Source: a virus | Lineage: Duplodnaviria; Caudoviricetes | Virus record (IMG/VR): IMGVR_UViG_3300044878_000251 | Coordinates: 1-39,405 of that record | Direction: 5' to 3' (one strand) | Length of the DNA stretch: 39,405 nucleotides | Shown here: piece by piece, positions 26,584-33,852 of the stretch | How positions within the stretch are numbered: position 1 is the stretch's first letter | Layout: each line of letters starts with the position of its first letter | Position numbers and translations under genes: made by a program | The notes under the pieces: generated by a model | What the model was told of the DNA's origin: nothing | The model's input: the letters and a program-made list of their open reading frames with translations, nothing else | Database searches by the model: none

Positions 26584-26795
26584 TTGCGCCCCAAGTACTC
26601 ATGGATGGATTTGCAATCCACGCAAAGCGAAACACCTGGTACAGCTACGCGGCGCGGCTCTGGAATTGCTCCGCCACAATCTTCACAGTGGAAAGATGAG
26701 GGGCGTTCGGGTTGTTTTGCTTGTGCCAAGTGCGCCGCCAAAGCTGCCTCTCGATGCGCTTCCTCAACTTCGGTGGCGCGGTCATCAACGTCCAT
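26580..26795 (-). CDS. TraR/DksA C4-type zinc-finger protein
   Basis: MDVDDRA (DxxDxA), CEDCGGAIPEPRRVAVPGVSLCVDC. Confidence 0.9.
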   Translation of the reverse strand: MDVDDRATEVEEAHREAALAAHLAQAKQPERPSSFHCEDCGGAIPEPRRVAVPGVSLCVDCKSIHEYLGRK

Positions 26796-27414
26796 GGGTG
26801 TAGTACTCGATCAGGCTGGTGAGCTGCGCACGGCAAGAAGCATGCTTCTCGCTATTGCGCACTTGGTTGGTCAGAAGGACAGCCGGAGTTATTCCGCTGT
26901 CGAGGTCGTCAACGGCTCCGGGTCCTCCGGAAGTCGCAGCAGCTCCGCTGGCGGGCTGTCTGGCACGCATTGCGGTTGGGTTAAGGCCTTCGTTCCACAC
27001 GCGGACAAAGCCGGTAGTGAACACAGCAGTAGGCAAAGGCTCAGGTGTCGCATCCAAGGCGCGGCGGTATAGAGTCGTGACACGGTTTATCTCTCCAGTG
27101 AGCTTGTCGGTGTTTCGGCGAAGCTCTTGTTTGGTGGTGACGAGTTGGCTGGCCAGATCATCGCCACGCTTGGTTTGCTCCAGGATCAATTGGGCAGTGG
27201 CCTGAGCTTTCGCCAAATCTTCGCGGGCCCGCACCAGGCGTTCGCCCTCAACTTCGTCTTTGAGCTTTTGATATGGCTCCGCACCCTTGGCCATTCCGGC
27301 AATGACCCCTTCGTCATAACCGGCTTGCCGGGTGTTCTCGATGAACAGGAATACGGCGGCGACAAGACCCAACGCGATGAGCAGAGGCGCAAACCACTTG
27401 AGTGTTTCCTTCAT
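26785..27414 (-). CDS. Inner-membrane spanin (Rz-like)
   Basis: N-terminal TM, long coiled coil, follows endolysin with ATGA overlap. Confidence 0.78.
   Translation of the reverse strand: MKETLKWFAPLLIALGLVAAVFLFIENTRQAGYDEGVIAGMAKGAEPYQKLKDEVEGERLVRAREDLAKAQATAQLILEQTKRGDDLASQLVTTKQELRRNTDKLTGEINRVTTLYRRALDATPEPLPTAVFTTGFVRVWNEGLNPTAMRARQPASGAAATSGGPGAVDDLDSGITPAVLLTNQVRNSEKHASCRAQLTSLIEYYTHGR
26889..27053 (-). CDS. Outer-membrane lipoprotein spanin (Rz1-like) embedded in +1 frame of Rz
   Basis: MRHLSLCLLLCSLPALSA-C lipobox then Pro-rich mature part PQCVPDSPPAELLRLPEDPEPL. Confidence 0.75.
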   Translation of the reverse strand: MRHLSLCLLLCSLPALSACGTKALTQPQCVPDSPPAELLRLPEDPEPLTTSTAE

Positions 27415-28043
27415 TGGCATATCCCCTTACCCCAGCCAGCATCGATATACAGGCGTTCCCAGCGCTGCAGGATGAGGCGGGGGTATTGCCGGTTTTCTTT
27501 GAAAGCCGCAGCAGAGCGGCCAGAGTTGAATCGCTCGATGGACCCGAACCAGGTCAGCGGATCGGCGCCCTTTGCCGATGCCAACTTTCGGTCACGGATC
27601 AGCCACCCCAATCCGCCGTTGTAGCTGGACAGAACCATGGCGCCTTGCTGGCATGGATCTCGTGCCTTAATGCGGTCGGCCAACCAACGGTCATAGCTGA
27701 CCAGGGCCTGCATCGACCAGGTCGGGTTGTATGGCTCGACTTTTCCAAGAGCCTTGGGGAAAAGTTCGGCAAGCCAAGTGGCGGTCGTGGGCATCACTTG
27801 GCCCAAGCCTTGCGCACCTGCAGGTGACTTCGCGTTGAACTTCCAGCGGCTCTCTTGGTGAACTTGCGCCGCGAAGGTGGCAACGGGCGCTTCCAGACCC
27901 CATTCCGCTTGGGCAATGCGGGACAGATCGCGTCGGTATTGCTCGGCCTGCATTGGGATTTCCGCTCGGGCAGCGCCGCAGAAAGCCAGGCCAACTACCA
28001 GCCCGATGAAGGTGCCAGCGAACAGGATTCGTGATCGCTTCAT
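27411..28043 (-). CDS. Endolysin, lytic transglycosylase (SLT) with N-terminal signal/SAR segment
   Basis: QVHQESRW, SPAGAQGLGQVMP, SYNGGLG, ENRQY; hydrophobic N-terminus ending ARA. Confidence 0.9.
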   Translation of the reverse strand: MKRSRILFAGTFIGLVVGLAFCGAARAEIPMQAEQYRRDLSRIAQAEWGLEAPVATFAAQVHQESRWKFNAKSPAGAQGLGQVMPTTATWLAELFPKALGKVEPYNPTWSMQALVSYDRWLADRIKARDPCQQGAMVLSSYNGGLGWLIRDRKLASAKGADPLTWFGSIERFNSGRSAAAFKENRQYPRLILQRWERLYIDAGWGKGICQ

Positions 28044-28045
28044 GG

Positions 28046-28339
28046 TCACAGCCCCATCGTCATGCCGATGACGCATGCCAGCACGACGATTGCGCGGCGC
28101 AGTCCAGCCCAAGGCTGATGAACGCGATGGACCTTGTCGGGTCTGGCATAGGGGAACAAAGCACGGTCGATCCAGTAGCCCAGGACACCGCCGCCAGCGA
28201 CCAGTCCAACCTTATAAAGGATGACTGCTAGCTTGGTCGGGGCGACCATGGCCAGCATGACCATCAAAATGATGGTGATCACCGTCCAGTCGGTCATACG
28301 CGGGGCACGGGACTGCCGCCCGTGATTTCGGATGGTCAT
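28046..28339 (-). CDS. Putative holin
   Basis: 97 aa, 2-3 TM segments, LGYWIDRALFPYARP...RRAIVVLA motif; upstream of endolysin. Confidence 0.82.
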   Translation of the reverse strand: MTIRNHGRQSRAPRMTDWTVITIILMVMLAMVAPTKLAVILYKVGLVAGGGVLGYWIDRALFPYARPDKVHRVHQPWAGLRRAIVVLACVIGMTMGL

Positions 28340-28653
28340 TGTGAGATTGCTCGATTGGAGTTGAGGGAGGCACGGACAGCGGCCAGGTGCGAAGCAGCAA
28401 CGACAGGATTGCCGCGCACCAGGTGCTGCTCTTGGTAAGTGGCGGTTTGAGGAATCGAAGGTTTGGCTGCGGGCCGGAACTTCTGCTGACGGGCGACGTT
28501 CATGTCGCGCCGGTCCTGAGTTATGCGAACGTGCCCCATGACCAGGTCACGCCATTCAATTGGGCACCGCTCAAGGATTGACTCGCACGACGAGCCACCC
28601 TCAAGAATCTGGGCTGCAAATGCACGTGGGGTTGTAGGAGCCGAGACAGACAT
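28336..28653 (-). CDS. Hypothetical protein, first gene of lysis operon
   Basis: 105-aa ORF, stop overlaps holin start. Confidence 0.6.
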   Translation of the reverse strand: MSVSAPTTPRAFAAQILEGGSSCESILERCPIEWRDLVMGHVRITQDRRDMNVARQQKFRPAAKPSIPQTATYQEQHLVRGNPVVAASHLAAVRASLNSNRAISQ

Positions 28654-28685
28654 GACGTGAACCCGTCGGTAAGAAGTACCGAGCT

Positions 28686-28734
28686 AGATTCGCGCTTTGG
28701 GAGATGTGACCGAGTTTCTTATTCAGACAAGAAA
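28686..28734 (-). promoter_or_regulatory. Putative late (lysis) promoter
   Basis: -10-like GAATCT; perfect dyad TTTCTT-N8-AAGAAA at 28715-28734, 29-bp offset. Confidence 0.62.
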
Positions 28735-28756
28735 AACCCCCGCAAGGGCGGGGGTT
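28729..28756 (-). terminator. Intrinsic terminator ending early/middle operon
   Basis: AACCCCCGC-AAGG-GCGGGGGTT hairpin with T-run on minus strand, about 30 bp after mor stop. Confidence 0.8.
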
Positions 28757-28786
28757 GGTGGGACGGCATTGCTCAAGACAATGCTA

Positions 28787-29230
28787 TCAGTGGATGGTCT
28801 CCTGCTCAAAGCCAAACAAGTCAGGACCGTTCTGCCTATGCAGCCCCCGTTGACGCTTAATGATGCCGTAGATGATGGCTGAGGAAAGCTGATACTTGCG
28901 CACCAGCTCATGGGGTTGCGCCCCAGCATCCAACCATTCACGGTAAATTTCAGCGTCTCGCATTGCCCGCTTGAGCGATTCTCCACGCGGCAGATAAATC
29001 ACTGAGCCACCCATGGTGGAGCAGATCGAGAACACTACTGCACGGGCAATTTCGGGTACAGCCTCTGGCTTTTCTGGTAGTTTTTTCAACAGCTCAAACT
29101 CTGCGAGTTCTACCATCTCCTTGAGGTTTCCCTCCCATCGAGCGGAAACGATAGGATCTTCCATATGGGCCAAGACTTTCTTCGGATCAAGCTTGTCACT
29201 GTCGTCAGCAAATAATTGGTCATTGTTCAC
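28787..29230 (-). CDS. mor: Mor/C-family transcription activator
   Basis: MGGSVIYLPRG...RDAEIY...ELVRKYQLSSAIIYGII; GTG start overlaps gemA stop. Confidence 0.9.
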   Translation of the reverse strand: MNNDQLFADDSDKLDPKKVLAHMEDPIVSARWEGNLKEMVELAEFELLKKLPEKPEAVPEIARAVVFSICSTMGGSVIYLPRGESLKRAMRDAEIYREWLDAGAQPHELVRKYQLSSAIIYGIIKRQRGLHRQNGPDLFGFEQETIH

Positions 29231-29640
29231 TGTGCCGACCTCCCATGCCGTTTGGCATCGTAGGTCAGAGCTGCCACCATGCTTCCGAGTTGCCGAGCAT
29301 CCAGCCACTCCACCCGCTCGACCTTGAACATGCGTTGTGCCATGCCATCGGCATAAGCCCACTCACGCCCAGCTTCGGCCAGGAAGGCTTCGATTTTGCC
29401 AACCAGCTTTTCCCGGTCGGGGGCAACTTTAGGTGCTGCTCTACCGGCCTTGGACTTCTTCGGTTTCCACCCTAGGCGCACCAGCTCCGAAAGCACGGCC
29501 GAGGTCTTCAGTGGTGATAAATCCTTTGCCGAACTCACCCCAGCAACTCGCTGGAGCATTGCTCGATAGGTGTCCTCATCCAGTGCCAAATCCTTCTTGG
29601 CGATATGGATCTTCGATAAATCAAGGTTGCGCCGATTCAT
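29227..29640 (-). CDS. gemA: GemA/gp16-family protein (DUF1018)
   Basis: KIHIAKKDLALDEDTYRAML...SSAKDL...KIEAFL. Confidence 0.9.
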   Translation of the reverse strand: MNRRNLDLSKIHIAKKDLALDEDTYRAMLQRVAGVSSAKDLSPLKTSAVLSELVRLGWKPKKSKAGRAAPKVAPDREKLVGKIEAFLAEAGREWAYADGMAQRMFKVERVEWLDARQLGSMVAALTYDAKRHGRSAQ

Positions 29641-29915
29641 TTTCTCCTCGCTTCGACCAATTCCCTGAACGCAACCGGGTCACGTTTCGCCAGCAAGGCC
29701 GCTCCGTGAATCAGCAGCGTCAAACCCTCAGCCGTATCATTGAATTCCCCGGCCGTTCGGATGGCCTCCATAGCCTCAATGGTTCCTGCATATACCTCCA
29801 TCTTGAACTTCTTGGCACCCATAGCTTTCCGCTTTTTAGCGAGAGCATCACGTCTCCGTTGCTGCCGTTCGCGTGCAAGTCGGCGCTTCTGATCAGCCGG
29901 GGTTTCCTGTGTCAT
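29637..29915 (-). CDS. Hypothetical basic protein
   Basis: 92 aa, RERQQRRR; stop overlaps gemA start. Confidence 0.7.
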   Translation of the reverse strand: MTQETPADQKRRLARERQQRRRDALAKKRKAMGAKKFKMEVYAGTIEAMEAIRTAGEFNDTAEGLTLLIHGAALLAKRDPVAFRELVEARRK

Positions 29916-29923
29916 TGGTTAGC

Positions 29924-29992
29924 TGCTCGTCAGTACCCGGCCACTACGCCGGGCAGACCACCCCAGTTGCCCGGAGTGGTTTCGCATTAGTG
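29924..29992 (-). ncRNA. Type II hammerhead ribozyme
   Basis: Minus strand UGC-GAAAC-CACUCCGG(GCAA)CUGGGGUG-GUC-UGCCCGGC(GUAGUG)GCCGGGUA-CUGACGA-GCA: full catalytic core, three stems; upstream CACUA can pair with loop UAGUG. Confidence 0.92.
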
Positions 29993-30223
29993 GATAGTCG
30001 GCTTGGTCAGCTGTTTTTCGCGCATGGCCTGGCAGATCTCGCAGTCGCAGGCGAAATGCCCTGCAGCAAAATCAACGGGAATTCGGGCAAGCAACAGCGG
30101 AGCGCCATTCATAAGGGCGCTTGCTACGCGTCCCGCTTTACTGCCGCCCAGTTGAGTTTGGTTGTCGACTTGGATAGAGACGCCATCGGCGCTGTCTTCG
30201 ATGGTGATCTGGAACTTGGCCAT
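29987..30223 (-). CDS. Hypothetical 78-aa protein with CxCxxC
   Basis: ORF with GAGAG RBS; ACDCEIC. Confidence 0.7.
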   Translation of the reverse strand: MAKFQITIEDSADGVSIQVDNQTQLGGSKAGRVASALMNGAPLLLARIPVDFAAGHFACDCEICQAMREKQLTKPTIH

Positions 30224-30282
30224 AATTTGTTCGCTCTCGTACGTTCAGTGCTGAATGAGGGTTGATCAGTGACGAATTCAGA

Positions 30283-30924
30283 TCAGTGCAGCGTCGACGG
30301 CGCAGAGGCCGCAACAAAAGCACTGGCGATATCCAATGGAATGGAGGCGTATTGGTCGCTATCACCGATACGCTCGTAGATCCGAACGTAACTTTTGGAA
30401 CCAACAACCTGGACCGCGTCACTGATGGCCTGCATTGCGCGCTGCCATCGCAAGTCCGAAATCTCTAGCCGGCGAAGCGCAAGCACACGCCCGGTACTGA
30501 TTTCGCCTACCTTGTCCGTACGAAATGCTTCATTTACCAGTACACGCACTTCGCTACGAGCGTCTTGCGTCCACTCAGCCGCGCACTCATCAATCAAGGC
30601 GCGAGCAGCTTGAAGCCGCTCATCGAACTTGATCGAGTCCTGTACCGCATGAACGATTTTGTAACGGCCATCGAACGACAACAGAGTGACGTTACCTTTC
30701 TTACCGCCAATGGTGGCCTTGTACTGCTCGGCAGACATCTCAACGAAAGCCTTGATGTCGCCAAATGCTGTCGCCTTGAAAGCAGCCAGTGTCGTAGAAA
30801 TGGCCTTGGCCTTTTCGACCAACTCGATGACGAGTTCATCGCGTGCCAGATCAACAGCTTTGATCATCTCAACTGGGACCAAGCGACCCTTTGCGTCCTG
30901 GCGAAATCCTTCTGGAATACTCAT
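30283..30924 (-). CDS. DUF3164-family Mu-like early protein
   Basis: IPEGFRQDAKGRLVP...GGKKGNVTLLSFDG...FDERLQAARALIDEC...SKSYVRIYER. Confidence 0.88.
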   Translation of the reverse strand: MSIPEGFRQDAKGRLVPVEMIKAVDLARDELVIELVEKAKAISTTLAAFKATAFGDIKAFVEMSAEQYKATIGGKKGNVTLLSFDGRYKIVHAVQDSIKFDERLQAARALIDECAAEWTQDARSEVRVLVNEAFRTDKVGEISTGRVLALRRLEISDLRWQRAMQAISDAVQVVGSKSYVRIYERIGDSDQYASIPLDIASAFVAASAPSTLH

Positions 30925-31313
30925 TCTTTTCCCTGCTCCATATTCGTTTCATATTTGGGATTGCTGTACTTCAAGGTGCCGAGGATCTCCCCGATCCGTC
31001 GACGCCCATTGGCGCGCTGTTCTTCTGTGAGTGCGGGCCTCGGTAAAGCCTGCTGGTTCTGGCGGGCCGGTATCGCCCGAATAAGCGCAGCCGGTGCTGG
31101 CCAGCGCTCGCAGCTCGCAAACAGTGCCTCGAATGCGGCTTTAACCCGCGCTCCATCTGTTTCTTCGTTCCAGCGCTGTGCCTTTTTCAAGGCAACCAGC
31201 CATATATCAAGCGTGTGAGTGATAGCGTCGGCAGCAGGTGCACCGTCAAGGCGCAGGGCAACAAGCCCCATGAGCCCTGCAATCACCTCACGCTCAAGCC
31301 ATTCACCCGCCAT
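30921..31313 (-). CDS. Conserved Mu-like early hypothetical protein
   Basis: GLMGLVALRLDGAPAAD...ERWPAPA; overlapping neighbours. Confidence 0.75.
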   Translation of the reverse strand: MAGEWLEREVIAGLMGLVALRLDGAPAADAITHTLDIWLVALKKAQRWNEETDGARVKAAFEALFASCERWPAPAALIRAIPARQNQQALPRPALTEEQRANGRRRIGEILGTLKYSNPKYETNMEQGKE

Positions 31314-31797
31314 TCAACCGCCCCTGTAATGCCGCCATAGCAGCAGTTGTCTGGCTGGGCTTGACCATCAAGGATTGCTTTGGCGCATGGCCTTCCGGCA
31401 GCAGCACGGCTGTTGTTTCGCCTTGCCACTGAGTCATGACCTGGTACAGCCAGCCATGCCCTTTTAGCGGCGTAGCCAGACGGCCAGAATCACGGGCACC
31501 TATTGCTTGCTCCATCGCCCAAATCCAGCTGGCTGTAGGCGCGTTGAACACAGCTCCGTTGCGCTCGATGCGCTGGGCTTGCAGATCGGGCAACAGTTCG
31601 TTGAGGATCTTGCCCACCCGATCCAAAGTCAGCTCTCGGGTTTCTGGACGGAATAAGCCGACATACCGAATTAGTGCATTGCCAAGTTGGCCGGATAATT
31701 TGAACGCCACCCCTAGCGCATCGCGGGCACCATCATGGGCAATGAGGGCATCCAGACTGAGGGTGGTTCCACAGTTAGGGCATCGAGTACGCATCAA
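31303..31797 (-). CDS. Conserved Mu-like early protein with N-terminal CPxCG
   Basis: RCPNCGTTLSLDALI...YVGLFRP...PLKGHGWLYQV. Confidence 0.8.
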   Translation of the reverse strand: MMRTRCPNCGTTLSLDALIAHDGARDALGVAFKLSGQLGNALIRYVGLFRPETRELTLDRVGKILNELLPDLQAQRIERNGAVFNAPTASWIWAMEQAIGARDSGRLATPLKGHGWLYQVMTQWQGETTAVLLPEGHAPKQSLMVKPSQTTAAMAALQGRLNGG

Positions 31798-31976
31798 TGC
31801 ACCCCCTGTTGACGCCCAGCATTCGCTATCTCTTCCGCTCGAATCTGAGCGAACTTGTAGGTTTCAGAGAACCCAACACATTTGTTCCCCACGTACAGTC
31901 GGATCAAGCTGCGACCAGATATGTAAATCTGAACCGCAGGAATTTGCGGACGAGCAAGCTCAGTGGACGGTTGCAT
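31794..31976 (-). CDS. Small hypothetical early protein
   Basis: ATG 31976 after GGA; fills gap and overlaps neighbours. Confidence 0.5.
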   Translation of the reverse strand: MQPSTELARPQIPAVQIYISGRSLIRLYVGNKCVGFSETYKFAQIRAEEIANAGRQQGVH

Positions 31977-32334
31977 TTCCGGCACCTGCGCAATTTGGGT
32001 TGTTGGGACAGTGCTGACACGCACGCCAATGCTGCATCGCTTGGGGGTTGTGCGTTGGCGCTGGCTTTTCGCGGTAGCTTTGGCACTTCTCGATAGTCAA
32101 TGTCTCGCCAACAGCGACACATTCAATCCGACCAAGCGACTCCAGTACCCGCCGCTCGACTCCAGCAGTGCTTGGGCTGCTGTACTTGTTAACCAAGACC
32201 AGACTGACAGCCGTTCGACTGATACCCACACGCTCGGCAGCACGCGTTCGATTACTCGCGCCAACTTCAGCTGCAAGCAATCGAACAAACAAAGGTGGCT
32301 CGATACCCCAGGCAGAAATATCAACTCGGTTCAT
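31960..32334 (-). CDS. HTH protein with Cys-rich C-terminus
   Basis: RTRAAERVGISRTAVSLVL HTH; C..C...CQHCPNN. Confidence 0.78.
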   Translation of the reverse strand: MNRVDISAWGIEPPLFVRLLAAEVGASNRTRAAERVGISRTAVSLVLVNKYSSPSTAGVERRVLESLGRIECVAVGETLTIEKCQSYREKPAPTHNPQAMQHWRACQHCPNNPNCAGAGNATVH

Positions 32335-33071
32335 TCGGCCAACTCCAGTTGCGCCCTCTGAAGCAGGCCGATGGATGGACCACTCAAACCTGCCTCAACG
32401 AATTCAGCCAGTAAGTTGCGAAGACGCAGGTTTTCCTGGTGCATGTCGTTATCAGGAGCGGACGCATCGGAAACGCCCCCCGAAGCGACATTTGAGTAAA
32501 CGACTAAATTCAAATTCGGATCGAATACTTGCACTGCTTCAGATCGCTGAACTATCGGGTGCCGAGGCCCTGCCCGCTTCCCCGCCACAAGTTTGTAGGT
32601 TTGAGCACGCCGGGAGTCGTGCTCACTCACAATCAAGTAGCCTGCTCGAACAAGGACGGCGAAGTAATTTTCTGCATATGCCTGGGTGACTGCTACACCA
32701 CTGGTACTTGCCATCTCCGCCGCATCGGCTGCGGTAATTTCGCCCATGATGCGTAGCGTTCGCCAAAGGTTTTCCAAGCCCTGCCCACGCCGGGAGCGCT
32801 TGCCGTTACTCGCGATTTTTGGATATTCCGCGCCTTCGTCTTGAATGAGACGCCATCGATGATCGACAAACCGTTCTCCTTCATCGACCAGCTCAATCAG
32901 CGCCGCTTTTTTCAATGCACGAATGTAGTTGTCAACACTCATGCCAGCTTGGCGCGATTGTTTGGCAATTTCGCGTGCGGTAAAGCCACCCCGATTGTCA
33001 CGGACAGCCTCCCACATGCACTGACGAGGTTCCTTTCGACCGACTAAGCGGAGTTGCGTCTGCTTAGCCAT
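32331..33071 (-). CDS. Tandem winged-helix early protein
   Basis: Two similar units MWEAVR..FTAREIA..YIRALKKAALI and LWRTLR..ITAADAA..YFAVLVRAGYL. Confidence 0.72.
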   Translation of the reverse strand: MAKQTQLRLVGRKEPRQCMWEAVRDNRGGFTAREIAKQSRQAGMSVDNYIRALKKAALIELVDEGERFVDHRWRLIQDEGAEYPKIASNGKRSRRGQGLENLWRTLRIMGEITAADAAEMASTSGVAVTQAYAENYFAVLVRAGYLIVSEHDSRRAQTYKLVAGKRAGPRHPIVQRSEAVQVFDPNLNLVVYSNVASGGVSDASAPDNDMHQENLRLRNLLAEFVEAGLSGPSIGLLQRAQLELAE

Positions 33072-33793
33072 TAGTGAGACCTCCGCGCCGGAGCCTCACC
33101 CGTGAACCATCCACGTTTCCCCCACGCGGCCATATCAATCTGCTTGATCATCATGGCAGTCGCTTCCGACTGAACCTTGAACAGATTCACAGCTGCACGT
33201 CGCAAGCAACCTCTTGTGGCTCTATTCAAATCCTCCAGTAGATCATCGGCGAACTCAAAATTCGGATAGCTTTGCGAAGCGAGTTGGCGAAGATCTTCCA
33301 ACGTCGCTGCTTGGGCCGGAACCCATTCCAATACCCGGTTATGTAGTCGCTCCAGCTTTGCCAACGAAGCAGGCACTCTCTCTTCACCGATGAGTACGAT
33401 GGTCCCTTGGCTGGCGTTGTAGATGTCTGTCAAAACATTGGCCACGGCCTTATCAAGCAGGTACTGCACGTCATCAATAATCAGCGGGCGCATCGACGTA
33501 CTTAATTGAACAGCAATCTGGTCCACCATCTCTGACATTGTTCGATGGGGATGCACGCACATTTCTCGCAGAATTGCCTGTAAGAAAGCTTTTTTGCTCC
33601 AAGCATCACGGCATTCAATGTAATAAGCGCGATGCATATTTGCTGAGTAAGCTGCGGCCGCACTTTTCCCAAAGCCACTTGGGCCATACATCGCCACCAA
33701 ACCAGGCAGTCCGCTAGGGCGTGCTTGAGCACGTCTTAGAGCGCCAGCAAGCAATCCCACGTTTGTTAAAGGCACAATCTTGGGTACACTCAT
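33071..33793 (-). CDS. Transposition ATPase (MuB-like AAA)
   Basis: Walker A GPSGFGKS, Walker B LIIDD, IVLIGEE; follows transposase. Confidence 0.9.
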   Translation of the reverse strand: MSVPKIVPLTNVGLLAGALRRAQARPSGLPGLVAMYGPSGFGKSAAAAYSANMHRAYYIECRDAWSKKAFLQAILREMCVHPHRTMSEMVDQIAVQLSTSMRPLIIDDVQYLLDKAVANVLTDIYNASQGTIVLIGEERVPASLAKLERLHNRVLEWVPAQAATLEDLRQLASQSYPNFEFADDLLEDLNRATRGCLRRAAVNLFKVQSEATAMMIKQIDMAAWGKRGWFTGEAPARRSH

Positions 33794-33852
33794 TGTGTTT
33801 CTCTCCTTGTTCGTGTGCTGGCAGGCACACCTACTGTATTAAGCGTGGGGGC

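Noticed and set aside
30245-30288. Three TCAGTG copies in a short intergenic stretch
   Set aside because: Too short to call; no consistent spacing or structure, may be remnants of His-stop gene ends
33460-33490. MuB Walker B reads IIDD rather than IIDE
   Set aside because: Could be a family variant; no other sign of inactivation, and it cannot be judged without alignment
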